The notes beneath the pieces are model-generated. The model was not told where the DNA came from, searched no databases, and saw only the letters and a program-made list of their open reading frames with translations. Below, in pieces: positions 28,578 through 46,468 of a stretch of DNA of 64,000 bases. Position numbers and translations under genes: made by a program. The stretch lies in NCBI GenBank assembly GCA_951406725.2, contig OX597820.1, positions 124,001 through 188,000 of the forward strand, in the 5' to 3' direction. This DNA comes from Octopus vulgaris (lineage: Eukaryota). The stretch's first letter is position 1, and the number at the start of each line of letters is the position of its first letter.

Positions 28578-28628
28578 GTAAGTAAAACAATAGACAACAT
28601 CACGCGTATAGGTGTAACTGGTTTTAAG

Positions 28629-28681
<53 letters not shown>

Positions 28682-28743
28682 TGATGATGATGTCGATGAT
28701 GTTGATGATGATGGGGATGATGATGATGATAATGATGATGATT

Positions 28744-28800
<57 letters not shown>

Positions 28801-28895
28801 GATGAAGATGATTGATGAGGAAGTTTGATGAGGATGATTGATGATGATGAAACATAAGTATTATATTCACTCAATAAAATTGTTTTACTCTCCAG

Positions 28896-29012
28896 ACATA
28901 GACGAGTGCACAGCAGACCCATGCGGGGCACAAGGGACATGCACCAACATTGCAGGATCCTTCACATGTGCCTGCAGTCCAGGGTTCGTGTTCTACGTAG
29001 TAACTTGCGTTG
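28896..29012 (+). CDS. cbEGF exon ([39 protein letters not shown])
   Basis: AG/GTAAGT, 117 bp, open. Confidence 0.9.
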
Positions 29013-29062
29013 GTAAGTAAACAGAATAGACATCACGTGTATAGGTGTAACTGATTTCGAGT

Positions 29063-29122
<60 letters not shown>

Positions 29123-29124
<2 letters not shown>

Positions 29125-30103
29125 CCAAAGAGAGCGAATAATGCAGATATCGACAATGCAGATATCGACAAAGCCCTGACCCATCAATGGCTAATGGCCT
29201 CTGGCTTAAAATCTGAAACAGAGGGGTTTATCATAGCAGCTCAAGATCAATGCCTACCAACAAGAAACTACCAGGCCAACATATTAAAGATCAGAAGCAG
29301 TCCAACGTGTCGTGTATGCAAGCAACAAAATGAAACCATTGACCATGTGGTCTCCAAGTGCAGTCTTCTAGCGCCTACAGAGTATCTCAACAGGCACGAT
29401 AGAGCTGCACAATATATTCACTGGGTAATCTGTAAAAACCTGGATTTGCCCCATGAAAAAAACTGGTGGGAACACAAACCACCCCCAGTGCTTGAAAATG
29501 ACCACATCTCACTCCTCTGGAACTTCACCATTCAAACTGACAGGAAGATAGATGCAAATAGGCCAGACATCATATTGAAAAACTTCAAACAAAGAACATG
29601 CCTCCTCATTGATATGACTGTCCCAATCGATATAAACGTATCTGTCAAGACCTACCAAAAACTGAGCAAATACAAAGATCTTGAAATAGAAATCAGCAAA
29701 ATGTGGAAGCTGAAGACTAAAACAATACCTGTTGTCATAGGTGCCCTGGGAATGATAGCAAAAGGGGCTGATAGCTACCTAACTCAAATACCAGGAAACC
29801 CAAAAATGGCAGAAGTTCAAAAGATAGTGCTCATGGGAACTGCTCATATCCTACGCAAAATACTCTCTATGTAATCTCAAGGTTTAAAACAAACATAATT
29901 TTCGGTTTAAAAAAAAAAAAAAAAAAAAAAAAACTTTTTTCTTTCTTTTTAGACATTCATTAGTACAACATCCCCACCCCCCAAATATATGGCACACTAG
30001 GCATAACAACAACATGAACTTCCAACCCTGTTGTCTCTTGAGGTCTCTGGGTGAGACTTGGAGCCAACTTGTACAAATATAAAGCAAAAGTCAAACATAG
30101 AAT
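29123..30103 (+). mobile_element. 5'-truncated R4/Dong family C (RLE domain + 3' UTR), copy 1
   Basis: ORF 29194-29874 with CRVC...HVVSKC, RHD, RPDI...ID, KLSKY; flanked by (AAT)n. Confidence 0.9.
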
Positions 30104-30132
30104 GATAATAATAATAATAATAATAGATAATG

Positions 30133-30204
<72 letters not shown>

Positions 30205-30223
30205 GATAATGATAATAATGATG

Positions 30224-30277
<54 letters not shown>

Positions 30278-30401
30278 TTGATAATGATGATGATAATAAT
30301 AAAAATAATAAAGATAATAATGATGATGATGATGTTAATGATGATGGGGATAATGATGATGATGATGATAATTACTGAAGATTGATGATTGATGAAGATG
30401 A

Positions 30402-30449
<48 letters not shown>

Positions 30450-30505
30450 GATGATGATGAAACATAAGTATTATATCCATGCCATAAAATTGTTTTACTT
30501 TCCAG

Positions 30506-30622
30506 ACATAGACGAGTGCACAGCAGACCCATGCGGGGCACAGGGGACATGCACCAACACACCAGGATCCTACACATGTGTCTGTAATCCAGGGTTCGAG
30601 TTCAGCGGAACAACATGCACTG
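30506..30622 (+). CDS. cbEGF exon (same peptide as 28461)
   Basis: AG/GTAAGT, 117 bp, open. Confidence 0.9.
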
Positions 30623-30673
30623 GTAAGTAAAACAATAGACAACATCACGCGTATAGGTGTAACTGGTTTCAAG

Positions 30674-30730
<57 letters not shown>

Positions 30731-30795
30731 TGATGATGATGATGTCGATGATGTTGATGATGATGGGGATGATGATGATGATAATGATGATGATT

Positions 30796-30854
<59 letters not shown>

Positions 30855-30943
30855 GATGATTGATGAGGAAGTTTGATGAGGATGATTGATGATGATGAAA
30901 CATAAGTATTATATTCACTCAATAAAATTGTTTTACTCTCCAG

Positions 30944-31060
30944 ACATAGACGAGTGCACAGCAGACCCATGCGGGGCACAAGGGACATGCACCAACATTG
31001 CAGGATCCTTCACATGTGCCTGCAGTCCAGGGTTCGTGTTCTACGTAGTAACTTGCGTTG
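30944..31060 (+). CDS. cbEGF exon (same peptide as 28896)
   Basis: AG/GTAAGT, 117 bp, open. Confidence 0.9.
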
Positions 31061-31110
31061 GTAAGTAAACAGAATAGACATCACGTGTATAGGTGTAACT
31101 GGTTTCTAGT

Positions 31111-31161
<51 letters not shown>

Positions 31162-31163
<2 letters not shown>

Positions 31164-32138
31164 CCAAAGAGAGCGAATAATGCAGATATCGACAATGCAG
31201 ATATCGACAAAGCCCTGACCCATCAATGGCTAATGGCCTCTGGCTTAAAATCTGAAACAGAGGGGTTTATCATAGCAGCTCAAGATCAATGCCTACCAAC
31301 AAGAAACTACCAGGCCAACATATTAAAGATCAGAAGCAGTCCAACGTGTCGTGTATGCAAGCAACAAAATGAAACCATTGACCATGTGGTCTCCAAGTGC
31401 AGTCTTCTAGCGCCTACAGAGTATCTCAACAGGCACGATAGAGCTGCACAATATATTCACTGGGTAATCTGTAAAAACCTGGATTTGCCCCATGAAAAAA
31501 ACTGGTGGGAACACAAACCACCCCCAGTGCTTGAAAATGACCACATCTCACTCCTCTGGAACTTCACCATTCAAACTGACAGGAAGATAGATGCAAATAG
31601 GCCAGACATCATATTGAAAAACTTCAAACAAAGAACATGCCTCCTCATTGATATGACTGTCCCAATCGATATAAACGTATCTGTCAAGACCTACCAAAAA
31701 CTGAGCAAATACAAAGATCTTGAAATAGAAATCAGCAAAATGTGGAAGCTGAAGACTAAAACAATACCTGTTGTCATAGGTGCCCTGGGAATGATAGCAA
31801 AAGGGGCTGATAGCTACCTAACTCAAATACCAGGAAACCCAAAAATGGCAGAAGTTCAAAAGATAGTGCTCATGGGAACTGCTCATATCCTACGCAAAAT
31901 ACTCTCTATGTAATCTCAAGGTTTAAAACAAACATAATTTTCGGTTTAAAAAAAAAAAAAAAAAAAAACTTTTTTCTTTCTTTTTAGACATTCATTAGTA
32001 CAACATCCCCACCCCCCAAATATATGGCACACTAGGCATAACAACAACATGAACTTCCAACCCTGTTGTCTCTTGAGGTCTCTGGGTGAGACTTGGAGCC
32101 AACTTGTACAAATATAAAGCAAAAGTCAAACATAGAAT
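31162..32138 (+). mobile_element. 5'-truncated R4/Dong family C, copy 2
   Basis: ORF 31233-31913 has the same translation as 29194-29874 and the same truncation point. Confidence 0.9.
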
Positions 32139-32176
32139 GATAATAATAATAATAATAATAGATAATGATAATAATG

Positions 32177-32242
<66 letters not shown>

Positions 32243-32258
32243 GATAATGATAATAATG

Positions 32259-32312
<54 letters not shown>

Positions 32313-32436
32313 TTGATAATGATGATGATAATAATAAAAATAATAAAGATAATAATGATGATGATGATGTTAATGATGATGGGGATAATGATGATGATGA
32401 TGATAATTACTGAAGATTGATGATTGATGAAGATGA

Positions 32437-32484
<48 letters not shown>

Positions 32485-32540
32485 GATGATGATGAAACAT
32501 AAGTATTATATCCATGCCATAAAATTGTTTTACTTTCCAG

Positions 32541-32657
32541 ACATAGACGAGTGCACAGCAGACCCATGCGGGGCACAGGGGACATGCACCAACACACCAG
32601 GATCCTACACATGTGTCTGTAATCCAGGGTTCGAGTTCAGCGGAACAACATGCATTG
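32541..32657 (+). CDS. cbEGF exon ([39 protein letters not shown])
   Basis: AG/GTAAGT, 117 bp, open. Confidence 0.9.
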
Positions 32658-32709
32658 GTAAGTAAAACAATAGACAACATCACGCGTATAGGTGTAACTG
32701 GTTTCAAGA

Positions 32710-32774
<65 letters not shown>

Positions 32775-32801
32775 TGATAATAATAATAATAATAGATAAT
32801 G

Positions 32802-32868
<67 letters not shown>

Positions 32869-32892
32869 TAATAATAATAATAATAGATAATG

Positions 32893-32956
<64 letters not shown>

Positions 32957-33148
32957 TGATGATAATAATAAAAATAATAAAGATAATAATGATGATGATG
33001 ATGATGATAATTACTGAAGATTGATGATTGATGAAGATGAATGATGATGATGATGATGATGAATGATGATGATGATGATGATGATGATGATTGATGATGA
33101 TGAAACATAAGTATTATATCCATGCAATAAAATTGTTTTACTTTCCAG

Positions 33149-33265
33149 GCATAGACGAGTGCACAGCAGACCCATGCGGGGCACAGGGGACATGCACCAA
33201 CACACCAGGATCCTACACATGTGTCTGTAATCCAGGGTTCGAGTTCAGCGGAACAACATGCACTG
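33149..33265 (+). CDS. cbEGF exon ([16 protein letters not shown]...TTCT), first Asp replaced by Gly
   Basis: AG acceptor, weaker GTAAAT donor, 117 bp, open. Confidence 0.8.
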
Positions 33266-33316
33266 GTAAATAAAACAATAGACAACATCACGCGTATAGG
33301 TGTAACTGGTTTCAAG

Positions 33317-33367
<51 letters not shown>

Positions 33368-33403
33368 TGATGATGATGATGTCGATGATGTTGATGATGA
33401 TGG

Positions 33404-33495
<92 letters not shown>

Positions 33496-33624
33496 GATGA
33501 TTATGATGATGATGATGATTGATGATGATGAAACATAAGATGATTGATGAGGAAGTTTGATGAGGATGATTGATGATGAAACATAAGTATTATATTCACG
33601 CAATAAAATTGTTTTACTTTCCAG

Positions 33625-33741
33625 ACATTAATGAGTGCACTGGTTGGCCATGCGGGGTAAATGAGGATTGCACCAACACACCAGGATCCTTCACATGTGC
33701 CTGCAGTCCAGGGTTCGAGTTGAACGGTAGAACTTGCGTTG
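33625..33741 (+). CDS. cbEGF exon ([39 protein letters not shown])
   Basis: AG/GTAAGT, 117 bp, open. Confidence 0.9.
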
Positions 33742-33807
33742 GTAAGTAAACAGAATAGACATCACGTGCATAGGTGTAACTAGTTTCAAGTTATAATAAT
33801 AATAATG

Positions 33808-33973
<166 letters not shown>

Positions 33974-33985
33974 TAATAATAATAG

Positions 33986-34073
<88 letters not shown>

Positions 34074-34269
34074 TGATAATAATAAAAATAATAAAGATAA
34101 TAATGATGATGTTGATGTTAATGATGATGGGGATGATGATGATGATGATGATTGGTGATGATGATGATTGGTGATGATTGATGAAGATGATTGATGAGGA
34201 AGTTTGATGAGGATGATTGATGATGAAAGAAGTATTATATTCACGCAATAAAATTGTTTTACTCTCCAG

Positions 34270-34386
34270 ACATAGACGAGTGCACAGATGACCCATGCGG
34301 GGCACAGGGGACATGCACCAACATTGCAGGATCCTTCACATGTGCCTGCAGTCCAGGGTTCGAGTTCGACGTAGTAACTTGCGTTG
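34270..34386 (+). CDS. cbEGF exon (same peptide as 26981)
   Basis: AG acceptor, weaker GTAACT donor, 117 bp, open. Confidence 0.8.
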
Positions 34387-34454
34387 GTAACTAAAGCAGA
34401 ATAGACATCACGCGTATGGGTGTAACTGGTTTCGAGTTATAATAATAATAATAA

Positions 34455-34525
<71 letters not shown>

Positions 34526-34700
34526 GATAATGATAATAATGATAATAATGATGTCGATGATGTTCATGATGATGGTGATGATGATGATGATGATGATAAT
34601 TACTGAAGATTGATGATTGATGATGATGAATGATGATGATGATGATGATGATTGATGATGATGATTGATGAAGATGATTGATGACGATGATAATGATGAT

Positions 34701-34732
<32 letters not shown>

Positions 34733-34788
34733 GATGATGATGAAACATAAGTATTATATCCATGCAATAAAATTGTTTTACTTTTCAG

Positions 34789-34905
34789 ACATAGACGAGT
34801 GCACAGCAGACCCATGCGGGGCACAGGGGACATGCACCAACAAAATAGGATCCTACACATGTGTCTGTAATCCAGGGTTCGAGTTCAGCGGAACAACATG
34901 CACTG
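34789..34905 (+). CDS. cbEGF exon ([39 protein letters not shown])
   Basis: AG/GTAAGT, 117 bp, open. Confidence 0.9.
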
Positions 34906-34966
34906 GTAAGTAAAACAATAGAAAACATCACGCGTATAGGTGTAACTGGTTTCAAGATATAATAAA

Positions 34967-35031
<65 letters not shown>

Positions 35032-35033
<2 letters not shown>

Positions 35034-35587
35034 GCCCTGATGCAGTACCAGGCAGTGGCTCTCATGGCTTCTGATCTTAACTGATTGGAAGTGTTATCAT
35101 GTACATTGTTTTGTCTTGGTATAAAAGATGGGCTACAGCAAATATTCTGCTCAATACCACAGATTTGCTTGTCAGTTGTTTGACCTTAACCAGTTGAGCA
35201 TGTCCCCTAGTGGCTGACGATATGTGCATCTCTGATCACGAGCAGAAGTAGTGGGGGAGCATCATAGCCATGTGTTGAGAGGGATGCTTTGGGGTTTGAA
35301 TAGTTCACCTCTGGAAACATGGGTGGTTCTTTCAACATCCTTAAACAACCCTTATTCGGGGACCGTTTGAGCGGGATGGGCTACTCAACCTGAAGAAAAT
35401 TCAAACTGGGCCCCACCTGCAAGGTCATGTGCTGTTTATCTTGATATGAGATCACCATGTCGCGCACATATGGTTGTGATGCATGTGCCTGGTGTACCTT
35501 TATCAGACGGGTAGTCATGATGGGTATATTGGGCTTCGTATATTTTACCCCAGTGTCACTTTGATGGCATGAACTGCTCTCTCACTC
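35032..35587 (+). mobile_element. Non-coding AAT-targeting retroposon-like element, longest copy
   Basis: ~555 bp, no clear ORF, (AAT)n on both sides, shares its 3' end ...ctctctcactc-aataat with two shorter copies. Confidence 0.75.
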
Positions 35588-35625
35588 AATAATAATAATA
35601 ATAATAAAAATAAAAATAATAATAA

Positions 35626-35923
35626 TGGGGTTTGAATAATTCACCTCTAGAAGCATAGGTGATTCTTTCAACATCCTTAAACAACCCTTATTCAGGGACC
35701 TTTTGAGCGGGATGGGCTACTCAACCTGAAGAAAATTCTAACTGGGCCCCACCTGCAAGGTCATGCGCTGTTTATCTTGATATGAGATCACCATGTCGCG
35801 CACATATGGTTGTGATGCATGTGCCTGGTGTACCCTTATCAGACTGGTAGTCATGATGGGTATATTGGGCTTCGTATATTTTACCCCAGTGTCACTTTGA
35901 TGGCATGAACTGCTCTCTCACTC
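35626..35923 (+). mobile_element. 5'-truncated copy of the same non-coding element
   Basis: Matches ~35290-35587, flanked by AAT repeats. Confidence 0.75.
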
Positions 35924-35976
<53 letters not shown>

Positions 35977-35977
<1 letters not shown>

Positions 35978-36937
35978 GACAAAACACATGAAAATTTAGC
36001 TAGCAGATGGGAACAGAAACCTCTGCATGGCATGTATGTTGCCCTTAGCAAACAAGTTGATGTCGACCAGAAACACACGCACCAATGGTTACGAAGCTCA
36101 GGGCTAAAAGCGGAGAGTGAAGGTTTCATATTAGCTTCACTAGACCAAATCTTATTTACCCGGAACTACCAAGCCAATGGGATAAAAAATAGAGCTGACC
36201 CAAAATGCCGATTCTGTAACGTTGAGATTGAAACAATAGACCATCTAATCTCAGGGTGCAGTGTCTTAGCACCTGTAGAATATAAAGCAAGACATGACAG
36301 AGTCGGCCAGTATTTACACTGGACAATATGTCGGCATTATAAAATCAAAACCGCTGACAAATGGTATAAACACCATCCTGAAGCTGTGACTGAGGGAGAA
36401 AATGTGTCGATTCTATGGGACTTCCCTGTGCATACCGACAAAAGTATAAAAGTTAATAAACCGGATATTATTATAAAAGATCAAACAAAAAGGATGTGTT
36501 TATTAATTGACATGAGTATTCCCTGTGATCACAATATAGCGATGAAAGAATTTGACAAGATCAGTAAATATAAAGGCTTGCTAATAGAAATTGAAAAGAA
36601 TGTGGCACCTCAAGGCGACTACAGTACCAGTGATTGTATGTACTCTAGGAATGATAAAAAAGGTACTGAAACCTATTTCAAAATGATTCCAGGCTTACCA
36701 TCCCTACAGGAAGTGCAAAAAATCGTATTAACTGGAACGGCTCATGTACTGAGAAGAGCATTATCGCTGTGAAAATAACATCCTTCCATGAATTTATTTA
36801 TTTATTCATTTTTAAATACATATTTTATCTGTGAATTTGCGCGTGTAATCTGGGAATGCATACAATGCCCTTCTCTGCTCTAGGCATACGGAAGACACTC
36901 GGCGCGAAACGGAAGAAAATTTGAAGAAATAAGGAAA
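35977..36937 (+). mobile_element. 5'-truncated R4/Dong family D (related to B)
   Basis: ORF 36032-36772 with CRFC...HLISGC, RHD, KPDI...ID; AAT tracts both sides. Confidence 0.9.
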
Positions 36938-37045
<108 letters not shown>

Positions 37046-37069
37046 AAGAAGAAGAAGAAGAAGAAGAAG

Positions 37070-37116
37070 AATCTGCGTCGGTAATGAAGTGAAAGCACGA
37101 TATAAAAATAAAACTA

Positions 37117-37122
<6 letters not shown>
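37070..37122 (+). mobile_element. Extreme 3' tip of R4/Dong family A
   Basis: gaagtgaaagcacg.tataaaaataaaactactgaataa matches 20778-20816. Confidence 0.7.
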
Positions 37123-37214
<92 letters not shown>

Positions 37215-37411
37215 TAATTATAATAATAATAATAATAATAATTATAATAATTATAATAATAATAATAATGATGATGATGATGATGATGATGAAGAGGAGA
37301 AGGAGGAGGAGAAGAAAGAGAACAACGACGACGAGCAGGGCGACGGCGACGGTGATGTTATCAATTTTTGAGGTTTCGAGTTTTCAGCATATTTACTAAA
37401 GTTTTCTTTAG

Positions 37412-37542
37412 TTCTCACCGAATATGCAACGAAGGAATTACACTACAACTTTGGCAAGACATGTATGGACGTTGAAAGAAACCACTGCACAATACAACGC
37501 CAAGTGGAGTGTGTCAGAGCAGAGCAGACTTACCATCCGTAG
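37412..37542 (+). CDS. Candidate late coding exon with degenerate EGF-like cysteines (VLTEYATKELHYNFGKTCMDVERNHCTIQRQVECVRAEQTYHP*)
   Basis: Acceptor ttttctttAG, open in phase 1 for 43 codons up to TAG; KTCMDV resembles an EGF junction. Confidence 0.4.
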
Positions 37543-37762
37543 GATCTGCAAACTCTGTTTACCGTGAAAAGGAATCATACTAAAAAATCCCTCCGCCCAA
37601 GGGCCTACATGAAAGTCAGCATTTGTTATCATGGCCTTATAAGTATATAATAAACCCCTTTTTGTGGGGTACTCCATTAGAATGTCGTTTGCTTGTTACG
37701 TTATTGTATAGTGTCACATTTTTATTTTTACTTATATTTTTTTATTTCCTTCTTATTTTCAG

Positions 37763-38025
37763 CTATCGTCTAATTCTAACGAATTAAAAAATATTCACAG
37801 CAGAACATCTCTGTCGATCACATTCCTGGCATGACATTGTCCGTCTGATTGATCTCTGTATGACCTGACTCACCGTTTATTACGTAACTTCCACACCGGG
37901 TCATCTTCACGGAAAAGACGATCCCGTCATCCAAATATGTCTCTTACATATTATTATATTAACATAATTTCGTTTCCTCTTGTCTTTTTATTAATTGAAT
38001 AAATTAATCTAATTCATTAAAGCAT
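37763..38025 (+). other. Candidate terminal exon / 3' UTR with poly(A) signal
   Basis: Strong pyrimidine tract ending ttattttcAG at 37762; AATAAA 37998-38003 and ATTAAA ~38016. Confidence 0.5.
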
Positions 38026-38125
38026 ACTCTAAACAAAACATTGATTGTTTCTCTGTGTTATTGAGTAAAATTTCGGTGTTTGCTCGAATTTAATTTCAAA
38101 CACACACATACGCGCGCGCGCACAC

Positions 38126-38168
<43 letters not shown>

Positions 38169-38395
38169 TGTGTGTGCGAATTGGTGTCTTTTTATGTTTG
38201 CATGTGTTTACATAGATATGTACATACAAAATTTAAAGGACTGACCACTCAAAAAGTGGCCGGTCAACATGCTAGATATAGACGTCAAATCGCTATTTTC
38301 CACAAAGAATATGTTCTCAAATAAAAACTCAGCACAAAACCAAAGCATTAATAATAAGCAAGACAAATGAAAATATACGAAATAAAAATGATTAC

Positions 38396-38460
38396 CCATG
38401 TACTGAATCAGTTTCGATTATTAATATCCGCAAGGATAAACTGTAATCTCGTCAGCATGG
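38396..38460 (-). ncRNA. Type I hammerhead ribozyme in a Penelope-derived non-coding repeat
   Basis: ccatg-CTGACGA-gatta...taatc-GAAA-ctgattcag-TA-catgg: full core and three pairing stems. Confidence 0.8.
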
Positions 38461-40696
38461 TCTGTCAAAAGAAATACAATTTGCAGGACTAGATGCAAAA
38501 ACGTTTGACCGGAGTCTCTCCTGCATGGAGTCCAACCGATTATATTTTTGTGTATCTTTCAAATGCCTTCACTTTGGCGCGCTGAGATCGGATGCGCTCA
38601 CACACACTGAAAAAGATTTAGGTTCCGATATCCAAATGCAAATATATATATATATATATAGATAGATAGATAGATAGATAGATACATTCATACATACATA
38701 CATGGTGGCTGCCCACTCGTTATCGAGTATGGCCATTGCACGAAGCTTAATCAATGTTGTTATCGTGCAATGCCTGTGCAAGAAGATATCTTTTAAAGTG
38801 AGGAAAGGCTGTGCACTGAATCAATCCCACTTTCTAAGCAACAGTAGCCATAATCCGAAAAGAAGCAAGTCGACATCATCGGTAACCACTGAGCCGCAGG
38901 TTTTTATGTTGGTGTTGGAGTTATCCCAGTTACCTGAGTTACCTTCTCCTAGAAGGATGCCCTAACAAAGGCTAGGAGTCCTTCACTCCCAATGGTTTAA
39001 CAGCGCGATCGGGTATTCAGTCCGATTATTTCTATGTCCCCGCGCATGATACAGCCTTAAGACATTTATTGGATGGCCGTTGACTCTCAAGAGTTCCTCC
39101 GCCCTTTGCAGGTTTATGTTTTTCATCCGGCAGGGTGTCCAATAAACACCCTCCTCACCAAGCAAGCTTGGTGGGGTTGCCGGTTTAGTCGCCAATGACC
39201 TGACCATGCAACAGGTTGTACTGGGTTACATGTTACCAGTAACACTCGAAAGTGACCTGACATACACATACATACATACATACATGCATGTGTACACATA
39301 TATATATATATAGTTAATCCAAACAAGAAAACACAGAAAAAAACACAGCAACGCGAGGACGTGGAACAATTAAAGTATTATTTGACGCTCAGGAAAGAAG
39401 GGAAGGAGGATTTAACGTTTCGAGCGGAGCTCTTCGTCGGAAACAAAGGAGAAGGAAAGATCCCGAGAAGGGAAGACAGAGGAAAAAATATTTTTGCTGG
39501 TGGTGCTCAAGAGATCGTAGATATATACATATGTGTGTGTGTGTAAGTATGTAAGTAAATGTAAGTATTAGCAATTAGACAGATCAATAAATAAAGTCCT
39601 AGCTTAAAATATTATTTCTTATATGATGTTTTAAATTTATTCTGTGTCAGATCTTGCCTTCCCTGATAGATAGGCCTCTTAATCAGGACAGATTTGTGCA
39701 ATTTTTCGCCAAGAATCATCATTGAGGATATTTTTTGCCTTTCGAAATTATTTAATAACTTATAAGTTCTTACAACTTTGGCACACGTAATGCTTTGCTT
39801 TCGTTGGTTTAATAAATATTCCTCCAACTTATGATTTTGCTTTCATTTCGTGATAGTCAGCTATCATGCCGAAAATGCCAGCTTCTAAATCCTGTTTTAT
39901 GATTAGGTAATATTTGTTAAACTTTAAACCTCAGTAACCTTTTCCTGCAACTTTTCTGCAACAAATAAATAGCAAAGTTATTTCAAGTTACTAAACTTGG
40001 AAATATTGACCTAGTTGTAGACTCTCAAAATATGTGACAGTAACAGGGATGTCCCTACAAAATTAGAGAGACAGACAGTTATAGGATGTGTTACACACAC
40101 ACACACACGTTTAAATACGTACACACAGGGAATCACGAGTTTAAAATGTATAATAGACATATGCATGTACCATGTATGTATATATTCATATGTATGCGTG
40201 TGTCTATGTGTGAGTGTTTCTTTGCCCATAAACTTCAGAAAAGCCACCCACTCTGTCTCTCATGAAAGCTACGTTTTCATAAAATACACCCTTCTCTGTG
40301 TATGTGTGTGTTGTATCAATGTTTTTACAAAAGTATGTATGCAGCGTCGCGTGTATATGACAGCTATATTAAAATTAAAATTCCATTCTTGCTGATGTTC
40401 TCGCCTTCACTGATAGAAGTCTCCCTCTCTCTTTGATACTCTCTTTCCGTCAAATTAATACGTTTTGCAACTTTATCATTTTATAATTTTATTTGTTCCA
40501 ATGCCCCTGGGTTGCACGTTATAGCTTTTTATAGGAATCCAATTAACTTATCACTTAACTGAATGTTAGCGTAACATGAACGGAAAGCTTCGTGAATATT
40601 GGTTCATTGGTTTAAACAATAAGATGGTAAAAGTCATTCTGACTCTTATTTCTAGCAATGTTGCTGCTGCTTACTAGCAACATTAGTCACTTCATA

Positions 40697-44549
<3,853 letters not shown>

Positions 44550-44654
44550 CTATGTATGTATGTATATATGTATGTATATATGTATGTATATAAGTATGTA
44601 TATATATATGTATGTATGTATATATGTATATATATATGTGTATATATATATGTA

Positions 44655-45942
44655 CGAGGGACGTTCAATAAGTAATGCCTCTGACCCACTTGCAGTTGTT
44701 TGATCTAGCTGAAATTTTGCATGTGCAATCATTTATATCTCTACAGAGTAAGTGGCAAATTACAGCTCTGAATTAATTGTGGTTTCTGATTTACAGGTGT
44801 TTGAACCGAGTCAAGTGTGAAATGGAGTCTGTTGAGTGTCGAGCAGTGATCCGGTTTTTGTATTTGAAAGGACGCACACCACGGGAGACTTTTGATGAAA
44901 TGAAAGTAACTTATGGTGATGATGCCCCATCATATGACCTTGTAAAACGCTGGCATCGTGAATTCAAACATGGTCGGAACTCTGTGGAAACAGCTCCCAG
45001 ATCTGGTCGCCCCCTTCTGGCATTGATGAGGCATCTGTCCGTCAAGTTGTGGCTGCCATTTTGGAAGATCGACGCATAATTATTCGCCAAATAGCCCATG
45101 AGGTCAAGATTAGTACCGGGTCTGTGGAAACTATCATTCATGACCATTTGCATATGCAAAAGGTGTCTGCCAGATGGATTCCCAGGTTGCTCACGCCTTT
45201 CCAGAAGCAAGAACGCGTCGAGTGCTCGTGGGTGAATTTGGAGATGTGCCAAGAAGATGAGTCAAAATTTTTCAAAAGACTGATTACAGAGGATGAAACG
45301 TGGGTCCATCACGATGATCCAGAGACCAAAGCCCAGTCAATGCAGTGGAAGCACCGTGACTCACCTCCTCCAAAGATGCAAGGGTGCAGCCCTTCGTTGG
45401 CAAGGACATGCTCACAGTCTTCTGGGACCAGGACGGAGTAGTGATGACAGATTTCCCGGCAAAGGGTACCACAATTACAGGAGCCTATTATGCTTCACTT
45501 TTGAGGAAATTAAGAGAAGTTATCAAAATCAAGAGGCGGGCAAGATCAGCAAAGGCATCCTCCTCCTGCAGGACAACGCTCCGGTCCACAACTCGCTTGT
45601 CGCCAGATCAGAAGCACAGGCGTATGGCTATGAACTCCTCCCCATACCACTACTTTCCTGACCTTGCACCCTCTGATTTTCACCTCTTCCCAATCATGAA
45701 GTTGTTTTTAAAAGGAAAGCGTTTCCCAGATGATGCAGCCTTGATTTCTGAAGTCACGTTGAGGTTGGAGGACCAAGCTGGGTTCTTCTACAAAAACGGT
45801 CTCCAGAGCCGCATCAAACGATGGCAGAAATGCGTAACTCTGGGTGGTTCCTATGTAGAAAAAGACTAATAACTGTGCCAAGTTTCGTTGCTCTACTGCT
45901 ATGGGAAGTGGGTCAGGGGCATTACTTATTGAACGCCCCTCG
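44655..45942 (+). mobile_element. Mariner (DD34D) transposon, full length, frameshifted transposase
   Basis: ~36-bp TIRs cgagggacgttcaataagtaatgcc..., TA duplication both sides, WIPRLL, DETW and PDLAPSDFHLF motifs, 1288 bp. Confidence 0.95.
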
Positions 45943-46027
<85 letters not shown>

Positions 46028-46102
46028 GTGTATATATATATGTGTATGTATATATATGTGTATATATATGTGTATATATATATATATATATATACATATA
46101 TA

Positions 46103-46468
46103 TACAAAATTTAGAGGACTGACCACTAAAAGTGGACAGCCTATATGCTAAACATAGACGTCAAATCGCCATTTACCACGAAGAATGTGTTCTCAAGAAA
46201 AATCTCAGCAAAAAGCCAATGTGTAAAAATAAGCAAAGACACATGAAAATATACGAAATAAAAAACGATTACCTATGTCCCAACTGGTTTCACTTGTTAA
46301 TATGTACGTATTTCGAATATTTTCATGTATCTTTGCTTACTTTTACACTTTGGCTTTTTGCTGAGATTTTTCTTGAGGACACGTTCTTCGTGGTAAATGG
46401 CGATTTGACCTCTATGTTTAGTATATAGGCTGTCCACTTTTAGTGGTCAATTCTCTAAATTTTGTATG
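46103..46468. repeat. Imperfect ~160-bp-arm foldback made of two opposed copies of the repeat also seen at 38222-38400
   Basis: tacaaaatttagaggactgaccactaaaagtgg... versus ...ccacttttagtggtcaattctctaaattttgta. Confidence 0.85.
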
